The position numbers and the translations under genes were made by a program. A DNA stretch of 64,000 nt from Pseudomonadota bacterium (GTDB lineage: Bacteria > Bdellovibrionota_B > Oligoflexia > Oligoflexales > CAIYRB01): NCBI GenBank assembly GCA_031416315.1, contig JANOTL010000188.1, positions 16,107 through 80,106 of the forward strand. The letters are read 5' to 3'. A model generated the notes under the pieces. That model was given only the letters and a program-made list of their open reading frames with translations. It made no database searches and had not been told where the DNA came from. Below, in pieces: positions 20,167-31,000 of the stretch (position 1 is the stretch's first letter; every line of letters starts with the position of its first letter).

Positions 20167-20808
20167 ATGCGGAGCGTAACGACGGCGACGATCAGAGCTT
20201 TGAGCTTCATCTGTGCTTTGGGGCTCGGTGTCACCGGGTGCGCGACTTTTGGCTGCGGTTGCGAGCCCGGGCCGCCCGAGCCGACGGATTTTTGCGTCGT
20301 GGGTGGCCAGCGTCGCGAGTGTGCGACGCCTTGCCCCGACCGGGACGGGCGCCTGGCGTTCGAGTACCGGCCTTATGCGGACGGTGATTCGCCCGGCGAC
20401 ATCGGCGCTCTGCAGGACCAGGTCGGTTCGATCACCTGCCATGATAGGCGCGTGGTGGGCCGAGCGCTCACCCGGACTAAACGGGGCAAGCTCGTCGCGA
20501 CCGGCCGTTGGCTTGATGACGCGTTCGTGGTGCGGGAGTATGCCGCCGACGGCAAGCGTCTGACAAACATCGTCACTTACCTCGGCGAGAATGAGGCGAA
20601 TCACATCGCGTTTCCTTTTCCAGATCGACCCGATCTCGCAAGGCGCCGGGTACGACGGTGGTTCTCGTCCGACGAGCTCGTTTTCCACTACAAGAGTGGC
20701 AAGCCGTTTTCCGGAAAGCTGAGGATCACCGACGACGGCGATACCATGGTGGTGACGTATCGGCGAGGAAAGTCGGTCGAGGGCGAGCCCGCTGACGAAC
20801 GACCGTGA
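20167..20808 (+). CDS. Hypothetical Cys-rich putative lipoprotein
   Basis: SD CAGGAGG before ATG 20167 and a lipobox-like VTGC. Codon usage looks less GC3-biased than its neighbours. Confidence 0.55.
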   Translation: MRSVTTATIRALSFICALGLGVTGCATFGCGCEPGPPEPTDFCVVGGQRRECATPCPDRDGRLAFEYRPYADGDSPGDIGALQDQVGSITCHDRRVVGRALTRTKRGKLVATGRWLDDAFVVREYAADGKRLTNIVTYLGENEANHIAFPFPDRPDLARRRVRRWFSSDELVFHYKSGKPFSGKLRITDDGDTMVVTYRRGKSVEGEPADERP

Positions 20809-20861
20809 AACGTTCCATATCCCGTGCGGCGTGCGATCCCGACTCTCCACATTTTAGGGTA

Positions 20862-21683
20862 CTAGCGCCGTAGACGCGCCGCCCGCCGCGCCGACCCGAC
20901 GCTCGGCGGCGCCTCGGGCGCGGCCGCCTTTTTCGACTTCGCCTTCTTCGGCGCTACCTTCTTCTTCGGCACTTTCGGCGGCGGCGGCGTCAGCGCTTTC
21001 ACAGCCCCGGCGATCTCGGTCCCGAAACTCGTCTTCAGCTCTCGCGCCAGCTCGTCCGAGACGCTTCGGGTGACGGCGCGCAGCTCCGCTACGTCGCGGT
21101 TCCAGCTCGTCTGCAGAAAAGCGAGCTTCTCCAGCGCCGCGCCGATGGCTTCGATCTTGCCTTCCAGGACCTTAAGCTGGCCCGTCACCTTCGCCTCGGC
21201 CCGCACCGCGCGGTCGCGCTCGGCGTCGAGATGCTGCGCCAGGACCTCGATCTGCTCGGCCAGGAGGCGACGGTCTTCGCCGTGATACCGCGCCATCTCG
21301 TCCGAGACGCGGTCGACGATGTCCTCGCCTTGGCCCGTGAGCACGCGCGCGGCATCTTCCAGGACTTGTGACGACTTCAGATGCGTCGCCGTCGGCCGTG
21401 TCCACGCAGAGTATGCCTCGACGTCCTCTTCGCGATAGACGGGCGCCACGTAGCGCCCGCGGCGGATGCGGCCGACGCGAAGCTCGCGCCCCGAGATCTG
21501 CGTCAGCCGGGTGCGCTTGATCCCGAGGCGCGCCATCACGGCCTCGGCGTCGAGCGAGAAATCGCCGCAAAAAGGCTCGTCGCCGCGCAGCCAGACCACT
21601 TGGGGAAGAGCGGGCTCCTCGTCGCCCGGCCCGGCGGCCGAGGCGCCCGGGCGCCAATCCTTCTCCACGTCGCCACTGGTCAA
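20862..21683 (-). CDS. Hypothetical protein with MerR/excisionase-like HTH, coiled coil and Lys-rich tail
   Basis: AEAVMARLGIKRTRLTQI...PVYREEDVE, a heptad-rich middle and a PKK-rich C-terminus. Confidence 0.7.
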   Translation of the reverse strand: MTSGDVEKDWRPGASAAGPGDEEPALPQVVWLRGDEPFCGDFSLDAEAVMARLGIKRTRLTQISGRELRVGRIRRGRYVAPVYREEDVEAYSAWTRPTATHLKSSQVLEDAARVLTGQGEDIVDRVSDEMARYHGEDRRLLAEQIEVLAQHLDAERDRAVRAEAKVTGQLKVLEGKIEAIGAALEKLAFLQTSWNRDVAELRAVTRSVSDELARELKTSFGTEIAGAVKALTPPPPKVPKKKVAPKKAKSKKAAAPEAPPSVGSARRAARLRR

Positions 21684-21696
21684 TCGAGGCTCCGTT

Positions 21697-23043
21697 CTAG
21701 TTCTTCAGCTTCGTAGCGTTCACGTCCCAGTTGCCGAGAGTCTTGAAGGACACGAGGCGCTTCTCCTCGTTGACGTTCTCGAAGAACAAGCGGAAGGCCA
21801 TGATGTGCTCGCCTTCGGTGAACTTGGTCATGTCGAAGTAGAGGGCCATGTTCACGGGGCTCGACCCGAGTGGCGTAGGCTCCGCCGCGCCCCGATCTTT
21901 TACCGCGGCCCCGGCAGCGTTCTCTTTATAGACCATCGGCACCGCGCCGGCGACGCGCATCTCCTTCGACGGGCTGATCTCCATGTAGAGCATGCGATCT
22001 TTGCCCGAGGCATGGATCCAATACAGATTCTCCGGCTTCGCGCCGCTCTTGAACAGGTCGAGGATGCCCGACTGCTTGTACACCGGCATGTTAGAGTCGA
22101 TCTTGTAGTCGCCCGGGCTGTCTTTCATCGCCATGCCGTAATAGAAGCCGGAGCCGGTATTCAGGCTCTTTTTGCCGTCGAGCGGGTTGTAGAGGATCGC
22201 GGGGAGGTAGACGGCGTTGGAGAAGAAGGAGACCTCCGTGTACATCCCGAGCTCGAAGTTCAGCTTCAGGAAGGTGTAGTGGAAGCTAATGCGTACGATC
22301 GAGCGGACTGGGCCTAATTTGTAGGCCTCGAGCGCGCTGTTGATCGACTTGTGGTTGGCCTCGACCGTCAGAAAATACTTCAAGTCGGCCTTCATGTAGA
22401 AGGTCGTCGAATCGAGAAGTGGCACGAACTCGGGGCTCTTCTCGGTCCCCCTCTTCAGCATCTCGACGCGGCGGGCGACGAGCCAGTTCGACTGATCGAA
22501 GCCGTAACGGTACCGCGACGTAATGACCTCGGCGGTGTCGCGCTTGAAGAAGACATAGGTCTTTTCCGCGAGCTTGGGCGGATTCTGGAAGAAGACGGCG
22601 AGGTAGACGGCGCCTTCGTTGGCCCCCGCTTCGTTCTTACCCTTGTAAGCGAGCTTGATCTCGAACACGAGGGAGGGCTTGCCACCTTCGCCCCAGCTCG
22701 TCGGCTGGCGCACCGGACCGACGTCGTCGCCCATGAAGGCCAGCTCGTCCTGGAGGTCGAAGATGCCGTTGCCGGTCTTCGCCGTCACCTGCCCGCCCTC
22801 GGATAGAACGTAGTCGCCCCACTCGTTGATCTCGTCGATCTGGAACGGGATGGTCACCGCCTTGCCGGTCTCGTCCGTCCGGTAAAGGCGATACATATTA
22901 ATGGGATAGTGCGTGACCGGCTTGACCTTGAGACCCTGGAGCACGATCGGCGCCGTGTGGACGATGCCGTAGGCGCTCTCCGCAAACAGCGCAAAAAGCA
23001 GGTGCGTGAGGAAGAGCAGCGAATGAGCGGTAATTCGACGCAC
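21697..23043 (-). CDS. Hypothetical secreted beta-rich protein
   Basis: 448-aa ORF with signal peptide and strong host codon bias. Confidence 0.8.
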   Translation of the reverse strand: MRRITAHSLLFLTHLLFALFAESAYGIVHTAPIVLQGLKVKPVTHYPINMYRLYRTDETGKAVTIPFQIDEINEWGDYVLSEGGQVTAKTGNGIFDLQDELAFMGDDVGPVRQPTSWGEGGKPSLVFEIKLAYKGKNEAGANEGAVYLAVFFQNPPKLAEKTYVFFKRDTAEVITSRYRYGFDQSNWLVARRVEMLKRGTEKSPEFVPLLDSTTFYMKADLKYFLTVEANHKSINSALEAYKLGPVRSIVRISFHYTFLKLNFELGMYTEVSFFSNAVYLPAILYNPLDGKKSLNTGSGFYYGMAMKDSPGDYKIDSNMPVYKQSGILDLFKSGAKPENLYWIHASGKDRMLYMEISPSKEMRVAGAVPMVYKENAAGAAVKDRGAAEPTPLGSSPVNMALYFDMTKFTEGEHIMAFRLFFENVNEEKRLVSFKTLGNWDVNATKLKN

Positions 23044-23194
23044 GATCGACCTTGCGCAAGAGGAGGTCGGAAATCTGCTAGCGATGGGGCGGCTCTCTGG
23101 TCCCTCGAGCGTACTCGAAAAACACGAGATTGTTGAGGTTTGATCGTCTTTCGACGTCGCCGTTCATGCCGCGTTTCACGGTTCTATTAGAAAC

Positions 23195-23223
23195 TTTACA
23201 ACCGCTTTGAGATCTCATAATAT
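23195..23223 (+). promoter_or_regulatory. Sigma70-type promoter
   Basis: TTTACA-N17-TAATAT, 9 nt before ATG 23233. Confidence 0.6.
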
Positions 23224-23232
23224 CGCCGCACG

Positions 23233-23871
23233 ATGCGTACCGCCTTTTTCATCTCTCTCTTCGCGCCATTGGTTTTAGGACCGGGAGCGATGGCTGTGGT
23301 GGATGAGTCGCTGGTGCCCACCGCCCCGAGGGAGCACGCTCCCACCGTATCGCCGGTAGCGCCGGAGACGGCGGTCGAAAGTCTGAAGGAGCCGACCTTC
23401 GAAGAGCCGCCTTCGGCGCCTCTCAAGGTTGAGATCCCGATCGCCTGGCAACGCACGAAAGCCCGTATCATTGGTAAAGGCGCTACGACCGTCACGGAGA
23501 GCTTCCGTGAGATCTGGACGTTGGAGCTCCGGCCCGGGGGCGCCCTGACCCTCAGCTCGCCGCGCGTGCGCGTCCCCGTCTATCCCGGACATTCAGGCGA
23601 AGCCCGCAACCAGCTGCCGCCGACCGTCGTTCTCTCGGAGGCCGACTTCGCGCGCCTCGTCGGTATCGTCCCGGGCCGCCGCGGTGCCAGCGACGACATC
23701 GACCCGGCGGACGCGCCCGGCGACTCGCTCGACGCCCTCAAGATGGTCGGCCGTCCGATCACCCTCAACTTGGCCCGTGCGACCCGCAACGGCGTCGACG
23801 TGACGCTCGCCTGGAGCGAGGACGAGCACTACGCCGTCCATCTCGACGTCACGGGCACCACGCTTTTTTAG
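23233..23871 (+). CDS. Hypothetical secreted protein
   Basis: Signal peptide (AMA), an upstream promoter, and it fills the gap before purH. Confidence 0.65.
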   Translation: MRTAFFISLFAPLVLGPGAMAVVDESLVPTAPREHAPTVSPVAPETAVESLKEPTFEEPPSAPLKVEIPIAWQRTKARIIGKGATTVTESFREIWTLELRPGGALTLSSPRVRVPVYPGHSGEARNQLPPTVVLSEADFARLVGIVPGRRGASDDIDPADAPGDSLDALKMVGRPITLNLARATRNGVDVTLAWSEDEHYAVHLDVTGTTLF

Positions 23872-25424
23872 TGGCGGAAGTGCCGCTCGCCCGTGAAGAC
23901 CATCGCGATGCCCGCAGCATTCGCCGCGTCGATTGAGTCCTGATCCCGCTTCGAGCCGCCGGGCTGCACGATCGCGACGACGCCCTGCGCGGCGGCGAAC
24001 TCGACGGTGTCGCGGAAGGGGAAGAAGGCGTCGCTCGCGAGCACCGACCCGACTGTGGAGAGCCCGGTCTCGCGCGCCTTCGCGACCGCGATGTTCGCGG
24101 AGTCGATACGGCTCATTTGGCCCGCGCCGATGCCGACGGTCGCGCCGTCCTTGGCGAAGACGATGGCGTTCGACTTCACGTGCTTCGCCACCGCCATCGC
24201 GAACGCGAGATCCGCTAAGACCTTGGCGCTCGGCGCGAGCTTTGTCACGACCTGCCATTCGGCGCGCGGACGTAGGCCGCGGTCTTCCTCTTGCATCAAC
24301 CAAGCGCCACGGACGGAGCGGACCGACCGCTCGCGTGGCAGGTCTTTCAGCCCTGAGGCGGTCGCGAAAGGCGCCAGGATCACCCGGACGTTCGGCTTCG
24401 TCGCCAAGAGCGCGAGCGCGTCGGCGTCATAGTCCGGAGCGGCCACGCACTCGAGAAACAGCGAATTCATAGCCTCCGCAGCTTTGCGGTCGACGCGGCG
24501 ATTGAGCGCGACGATGCCGCCGAACGCCGATTTTGCGTCGCAAGCGAGGGCCGATGCGAACAGCGCGTCGAGTGCCGCGCCCGCCTTGGCGGCGACGCCG
24601 CAGGGATTCGTGTGCTTGACGATGACGACCGCGGGGTCTTCGAACTCGGCTGCAAGCGCGCTCGCGGCGTCTAAGTCCAGGATGTTGTTGTAGGAGACTT
24701 CTTTACCCTGAAGGATCCTCAGCGCGCCGAATCCGTGCGGCTCGGCGCCTAAGGCGCGGAAAAGCCCCGCCGCCTGGTGCGGGTTCTCGCCGTAACGCAG
24801 GTCCTGGACCTTTGTCAGCGCCACCGTTTCCGTCGCGACGCCCGCGAGGTACGCCGCGATCATCGCGTCGTACGCCGAAACCGTCGCGAACGTCTTCGCG
24901 GCGAGCCGCTGCCGAAGCTCGCTGCCGATGCCGCCGGCTTCGAGCGCCGCGAGAATCTCCGGATAGTCGCTCGGATCACAGACCGCGGCGACGTGGGCCC
25001 AGTTTTTTGCGGCCGCGCGCAGCATCGCCGGCCCGCCGATGTCGATGTGGTGAATCGCGTCCGTCGCCGAGAGTCCGCGCGCCACGGCCTCGTCCGCGAA
25101 GCGGTAGAGGTTGACGACGACGGCGTCGATCGGCTGGATGCCGTGCATCGCGGCCTCGCTGCGATGTTTTTCGTCGGCGCGGTCGAAGAGGATGCCGCCG
25201 TGCGTCTTCGGATGCAAGGTCTTGACGCGCCCGTCGAGGATCTCCGGGCTTCCCGTGTGCTCGGCGACGTCTTTGACGGCGAGGCCCGCTTCGCGCAGCG
25301 TTTTTGCCGTGCCGCCGGTCGACAAGAGACCGTACCCAGCTTGTGCCAGTCCGCGCGCGAGCTGCACGACGCCGGTCTTGTCGGTGACCGAGATCAAGGC
25401 CCATCTGCTCATGCTCGCGCTCAT
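23868..25424 (-). CDS. purH: Bifunctional AICAR transformylase/IMP cyclohydrolase
   Basis: ALISVTDK, GRVKTLHP, DIGGPAMLRAAAKN, LRYGENPHQ, KHTNPCG, SDAFFPF, GERHFRH. Confidence 0.98.
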   Translation of the reverse strand: MSASMSRWALISVTDKTGVVQLARGLAQAGYGLLSTGGTAKTLREAGLAVKDVAEHTGSPEILDGRVKTLHPKTHGGILFDRADEKHRSEAAMHGIQPIDAVVVNLYRFADEAVARGLSATDAIHHIDIGGPAMLRAAAKNWAHVAAVCDPSDYPEILAALEAGGIGSELRQRLAAKTFATVSAYDAMIAAYLAGVATETVALTKVQDLRYGENPHQAAGLFRALGAEPHGFGALRILQGKEVSYNNILDLDAASALAAEFEDPAVVIVKHTNPCGVAAKAGAALDALFASALACDAKSAFGGIVALNRRVDRKAAEAMNSLFLECVAAPDYDADALALLATKPNVRVILAPFATASGLKDLPRERSVRSVRGAWLMQEEDRGLRPRAEWQVVTKLAPSAKVLADLAFAMAVAKHVKSNAIVFAKDGATVGIGAGQMSRIDSANIAVAKARETGLSTVGSVLASDAFFPFRDTVEFAAAQGVVAIVQPGGSKRDQDSIDAANAAGIAMVFTGERHFRH

Positions 25425-25546
25425 GAAGTCTCCTCGGCGTAGGGTGCGCCGGACTTTTAAATCGACTGGCTGGCCAAGGCAAACGCTTAACGCGATCCCG
25501 CTGTTAGGGTGGAGTCAGAGATCACCACGGAACAGGAGACTCTGCC

Positions 25547-26359
25547 ATGTTGCGCACCACCCAAATCCTCGCGACCCTCGGTCTCACTCTCGGCCTCGGC
25601 GCCTGTGGTGATGGGACTCATTTGGACACCTCGCACACCGCCGAGGGCCACGTTCTGCGTGCCTCGGAGACCATCGTCCTCGACGTGGCGGCCTCGCCCG
25701 CCAACGGTGGCATCAATCCGGACTTCCTCGCCGTTGATGTCACGGGCAGCGCCTACATCGCCGGCAACGCTTGCGCTGCGTCAGGGCTCGATGTCCGCCT
25801 GGTGGAAGAACGCGAAGGCGACACGTTGACGGTCGTCGCGGTCCTTGAGCGCGCTGGCGATGAGCCGATCTGCAACGAGAAATTCGCCCCTGTGTACAAG
25901 GATCTGAAGGCGACGATCCGCTTCCATCGCGACGAAGTCGCCAAGATCGTCGTGAAAAACGTCGACCTCATGGGCCAAAGCGTGAACGTGAGCGACTTTC
26001 TCGCCCGGCCCGAGCTGATCTTGAAGGATGTCGCGGTCACGGTCGTCGACGGCGGCATCAATCCCGACTCCTTCGCCTACCTCATCAAAGCCTCCGTCAT
26101 GGCGGGCGCCAATCCCTGTATGGCCGCCAACGCGAAGATCGACTTCGTCCAGACGCGCATCGGCGAGCGCATCGTCGTCAAAGCCGTCCGAACCGTCCTC
26201 GATCCGGGCGCGATCTGCACGTTGGAGTACAACCCCACCTACCTCGACATCGCTGCCCAGGTCCGGGACCTGCGTTCGGATGTCGAGACGGTCGTGATCA
26301 AGAACGTGGGCGAGCTGGGTCGGAACCTGGCGGCGAGCGACCTGATCGTGGGGCGCTAA
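25547..26359 (+). CDS. Lipoprotein with two tandem homologous domains (GGINPD...C...C)
   Basis: SD AGGAG, lipobox LGAC, and an internal duplication visible in the protein. Confidence 0.8.
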   Translation: MLRTTQILATLGLTLGLGACGDGTHLDTSHTAEGHVLRASETIVLDVAASPANGGINPDFLAVDVTGSAYIAGNACAASGLDVRLVEEREGDTLTVVAVLERAGDEPICNEKFAPVYKDLKATIRFHRDEVAKIVVKNVDLMGQSVNVSDFLARPELILKDVAVTVVDGGINPDSFAYLIKASVMAGANPCMAANAKIDFVQTRIGERIVVKAVRTVLDPGAICTLEYNPTYLDIAAQVRDLRSDVETVVIKNVGELGRNLAASDLIVGR

Positions 26360-27629
26360 GGCTTGCGAGGTGCTTTTTCAGCACCTGCTCGGTTCCCGCT
26401 TCGCTCGGCTCGTAGTAGACGGCATTTTTAAGCTCCGGCGGCAGGTAGATGAGCTTCGCCGCTGCCGCCGGATCGTCGTGGGCATAGACGTAGCCCTCGC
26501 CAAAGCCGACCTCTTTCATCAATTGCGTCGGCGCATTGCGCAGAAACATCGGCACCTCGAGGGAGCCGGTGGCGCGCACGTCCTCGAGCGCCTTGTCGAT
26601 CGCAAGGTAGGCGCGATTGCTCTTCGGTGAGGCGGCCAGGTAAGTCGTCGCCTGCGCGAGCGGAATGCGTGCCTCCGGCATTCCGACCAGGTGCGCCGCC
26701 TGCATCGCCGCTTGCGCCACCAAAAGCGCCGTCGGATTCGCGTTGCCGATGTCCTCGCTCGCCGCGATCACGAGGCGGCGCGCGACGAAGATCGGGTCCT
26801 CGCCGCTCTCCAGCATGCGTGCGAGGTAGTAGATCGCGGCGTCCGGCTGACTGGCACGAATTGATTTGATGAACGCCGAGATCACGTCGTAGTGCAGGTC
26901 GCCCTGCTTGTCGTACTGCAGGTTCAACGAGCCAGCCACCGACGCGAGCGCCGCACGGGTCAAAGGCTTCCCCGGAGCCGTCACGGCAAGGGCGGCGTCG
27001 AGCAAATTGAGCGAGCGCCTGGCATCGCCGTCGGCGCTGCGCGCGAGCGCTGCCAGGACCTCGTCGTCGACGACCGGCTCAGTCGGGTCGGCGGCGATCG
27101 CGCGCCGCAGGATCTCGATCAAAGCCTCGTCGGTGAGCCGCTCGAAGCGAAACACCAGGGTTCGCGAGAGGATCGCCCGGTTGACCTCGAAGGAGGGGTT
27201 CTCGGTCGTCGCCCCGATGAATTTTACCGATCCTGACTCCAGCGCCGGCAGGAGCACGTCCTGCTGGCTCTTGCTCAGCCGATGGATCTCGTCCATGAAC
27301 ATCAAGCTCGCCTTGGCCCCTTGAGCCTGGCGGTCCTGCGATTCCTCGATGACCCGGCGGATGTCCTTCACGCCGTGGAGGACCGCCGACAGCGCCTCGA
27401 CCTTGCGCCCCGAGCTCTTGCCGATGACCTGAGCCAGGCTCGTCTTTCCGGTCCCGGGCGGCCCCCAGAAGAGGAGGGCGTGAAACCGGTCGGCCGCCAC
27501 CAATTCCCGAAGCGGGGCGCCGACTTCCCAGATCTTCTGCCCGGTCAGGTCCTCCGGCCGAACCGGCCGCATCCGCTCGGCGAGCGGGGCGTCGGGGCGC
27601 GCATCTTGCGGCGATCCACTCGTTTCCAT
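26298..27629 (-). CDS. rarA: Replication-associated recombination protein A (MgsA)
   Basis: PLAERMRP, WGPPGTGKT, DEIHR, GATTENPSF, SAFIKSIR, SEDIGNA. Confidence 0.97.
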   Translation of the reverse strand: METSGSPQDARPDAPLAERMRPVRPEDLTGQKIWEVGAPLRELVAADRFHALLFWGPPGTGKTSLAQVIGKSSGRKVEALSAVLHGVKDIRRVIEESQDRQAQGAKASLMFMDEIHRLSKSQQDVLLPALESGSVKFIGATTENPSFEVNRAILSRTLVFRFERLTDEALIEILRRAIAADPTEPVVDDEVLAALARSADGDARRSLNLLDAALAVTAPGKPLTRAALASVAGSLNLQYDKQGDLHYDVISAFIKSIRASQPDAAIYYLARMLESGEDPIFVARRLVIAASEDIGNANPTALLVAQAAMQAAHLVGMPEARIPLAQATTYLAASPKSNRAYLAIDKALEDVRATGSLEVPMFLRNAPTQLMKEVGFGEGYVYAHDDPAAAAKLIYLPPELKNAVYYEPSEAGTEQVLKKHLASLSAPRSGRSPPGSDPARPRS

Positions 27630-27683
27630 TGGCTTCCCTCCCGGTCCTGGCGATCGGTCCTAGGCCACGATTCACCGGGAAAT

Positions 27684-27710
27684 TAAGGACCAGGAACATA
27701 ACGCCGATAA
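27684..27710 (+). promoter_or_regulatory. Sigma28-type promoter
   Basis: TAAG-N15-GCCGATAA, 33 nt upstream of ATG 27744. Confidence 0.7.
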
Positions 27711-27743
27711 GCAAAACATGCCTAGACGAAAAAGGGCCGGATC

Positions 27744-28055
27744 ATGAAGCTCCAGATGACGCTCGGCGAGTACATCAAGCTGCTGCGGCCGTACTCCAAT
27801 TCCCCGGTGTCGCTGAACCGGCTGACCCTGCCGTTCGGGATCATCTCCAACTCCCTGGAATCCAACGCGCTCCTGATGGGGCACGTGCTGGACGACTTGG
27901 CCTCGCGCTTTCCGCACGAGCAGACGGTCGACTGCATCGACGTCGTCGCCACGGCCTATGAGCTCGGTCACGAGCCGGCCGGCGACTTCCTCGACGAAGC
28001 ACCGTACATCATGTCCCGCATGGCCGGCGGCGTCGCTGGCAGCCGGGCTCATTGA
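27744..28055 (+). CDS. Hypothetical protein (103 aa)
   Basis: Host-like codon usage and a sigma28-type promoter upstream. Confidence 0.7.
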   Translation: MKLQMTLGEYIKLLRPYSNSPVSLNRLTLPFGIISNSLESNALLMGHVLDDLASRFPHEQTVDCIDVVATAYELGHEPAGDFLDEAPYIMSRMAGGVAGSRAH

Positions 28056-31000
28056 AGATAAGGATCGGGGCTCGCGTCGGACGTGCCGAGCTTTGTCTCC
28101 TCGACCACGTAGAGTCCGTCGCCGTCCGCATCGGTCAGACCGGCAAGGACTCGCGCCTGATCGGCCGGCAGGCTTGCCGTGCCGAAGACGTAGCTCGCGA
28201 AGAGCTCAGTCAACAACTGAGCCTCAGCCGGCGCATATCCCTTTAAGACGCTCAGCAATCTTTCCGCGCTCGGCACCTCGTTCGCATAGAGCGACATGGC
28301 CCGCGCCATCGCCTCCGTGCCAACGAGCGCGTCCAGCTCGAGCGCGAAGAGGAGCGAGCGCACCGAGCCGGTCGAATCGAGCGTCGAGAAATCCCAGCGC
28401 GACAGCACCGTATCTTGCCCGTAAAAATCAGCGCATACGGGATCCTCACCCAGGTAGCACTTGAGGTCCTCGAGCCGGCCTGCGTGGAATGCGTGGACCT
28501 CGCGACTCGGGTACATGCGGTACAATGCCGCCGACGTCAGCCATTGGATGAACATTTCCTGCACCCAGTAAGGCGCGCTCCCCTGATTTTCCAGCAGGTC
28601 GGCGACGACGAGGCGAGCGAGCTGCTCGACCACGAGGTAGTCGATCGTCGCGTCGCTGACCGCGCGGTCGATCGTCAGGTAAGCGCCGGCAAAGGCGTTC
28701 GCAGCGGCATCGGTGGCACCTCCGTCCCGGAGCTTCACCCGGAGCGGCCAATGGTGCCGCTCGAACAAGGGCCGAGCCAAAACCGTCTCGAACTGAACGA
28801 TCGCGGTCGCGGCCAGCTTCAGAATCGCCTCGCGACGCGGCGCGCTCACGCCTTCGCTCGTCAGATCGACCGCATGCGGTCCGAGCCCGAACGCATCAGG
28901 CACCATCGCACGTCGCACCGTGTTCGTCAGGTCGACGCACGGTCCGCGATCTGTGACCTGCACGTTCGCCTCGAGAGTCAGCTCCGACGAGAGGCAAGCC
29001 TGGTGAACGCCGCTGGTCGCGAGCCAGTCCTCGAGGAGGGCGCGATCGAGTCGGACGACGATCTGATCTTTGGAGTAGGTGACCGTGACGCCTTTGTCGA
29101 GCCGCGTCGCGGTCTCGGTTTCACCCACCAGCGTCGAGAAATAGGGCTCGCCGCTCGCGAGCACGAAGGCGTGATGACGCTTTAGGATCGGAGACGAAGT
29201 CACCCAGTCGATCGACTGAAAGATCGCCTGATAGGTGCCGTCGCTTCCATAAAGGTCGGGTGCGGCGCGCGTCTCGAAGACGATGGTCACGGCGCTCGCC
29301 TCGACGGTCGCGCGAGCCGACGTGAGGTCGTAGGGTGAAAGCTCGCGCGGCAAGTCGTCGGCAACGTCGGGCGCGGAGGAGTAGGGGAGGGCCGGCAGAG
29401 TGATGGCCGGGCTGAAGGTGATGGTCTGGCGCGGCGCTGGTGGCAAGATGGCGACCGTCGGCGCAGGCGTCGGCACGAGAGCGCCCCCGACGTAAAGGCC
29501 TCTCGTGGCAGACGTCACCGCCGACGACGAGTCCCGAAGCTTCCCCTGCAATCTTACCGTGAAGGGTGGGCGCAGCGCTTTTGGTAAGGCGTATGGCTGC
29601 TCCGGCGTCGCGGCGAACGGATCGAGCGACCAAGTCCAGCTCGCCTCGGGATCGCCGGCCAGCCGGAAGAACGCGGACGTATCCGTCGAGGCGCCGAAAT
29701 TCGACGCCAACTCCGGCTCGGCTCGGCCGCGCAATGCACCCTCGGGATCGAGGCGGGAGGCGAGCGGATCCTGGCCGCGGAAAAACTCCTCCGAGTCCAG
29801 ATCCCCGTCACCGTCCGTGTCGCGCTTTGCCGGATCGGTGCCGATAGCGCGCTCGTCGAGGAGCGAAAGATCGTCGGCGTCAGAGTCTCCGAACAGCGCG
29901 CGCGGGTCGTAGGCCGGCTCCGGCGTGCCCGGAAAAACCCAGTGCTTGAAGACCGGTCCTAGGTCCTTGCCGGACTCGCGCTCCAGGAACCTTTGGAAGA
30001 CGAGGCTCCCCATCTCGACGTTCACGCCGAGCTGAAACGCTTTGACGAGCGCGCCCTGTCCGACGATCGTCTCTAGCATGTCGAAGAACATCAGGCTTTT
30101 CTCGTAGCCGGCGCGCGCCACCTCGCCGCCCCAGGTATCGAGCGCGAAATCGTCGAGCTCGCCGCCGAGGGTGTCGAAGTAGCGGTCGAAGCGGATCTTC
30201 CGGAGATACTTGTGCACGGCGCGACGCGGGAAGTGCCGGTAGAGCACGCGCTCTGAAGACCACTCCGACATGCCCTCCTGCAGCCACCGCGCCGTGATCT
30301 TCGAGGCGCGGGCATTCTGAAAATGCGCCAGCTCGTGGGCCAAGAGCTGGACGCGGCTCATCAAGCTCGTGTTTTGACCGATCGTCGTCAGCATGCCGCG
30401 ATCGGTCGTGTTGAGGCCGGCATAGCCATTCTCTTCCTTGTCGACGAAGTAGAGGGGGAACGTGCCGCGCTCGTAGAAGGGGATTTGGTTCACCGCCTCG
30501 AGCTCTCGGACCAAAGGCTCGGCCAGAGCCAGATAGCTCGAAGCGAGGCTCGCGTCGCCGAGGTCGCCGGCGACGGGCTGCAGGAAGGTCAGATCGATCG
30601 CGGCATTCGGCGCCGCCGCCTTCTGCCGGACGAGGGTAAAGCGCGAGCGCAAGAAGACGGGTTGCATGCGGTCCGAGAGGGTGTAGCTCGGCCCGCGCTC
30701 CGACGTGTAGGTTCGGGCCGTGAGCTCGACGGCGTCGGCTTCGAGTAGGGGGAGATCGGACCTCAGGAGCTTCAGCTCGACCCCGGAGACGCCGAAAGCG
30801 GCGACGCTACCGGCCGAGAGCGCCACCTCCTCGCCGCTCTTTGGCGCATAGAGCCGCAACTTCCCGCCATCGATCTCCGCGCGGTAGCGGAACTCGGCGC
30901 CCGTCCCGAACGAGCTCAGCCCGATGTTGGAGGGGCCGACCTCGAACCCGTAGACCACGCCATCGGCGACCTTCGGCGTCTCACGAAGCGCCCACGCTAC

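Noticed and set aside
26298..26359. 62-bp convergent overlap between rarA and the lipoprotein gene (also 57400-57437)
   Set aside because: Short non-conserved C-terminal run-ons are common in GC-rich genomes and show no sign of function.
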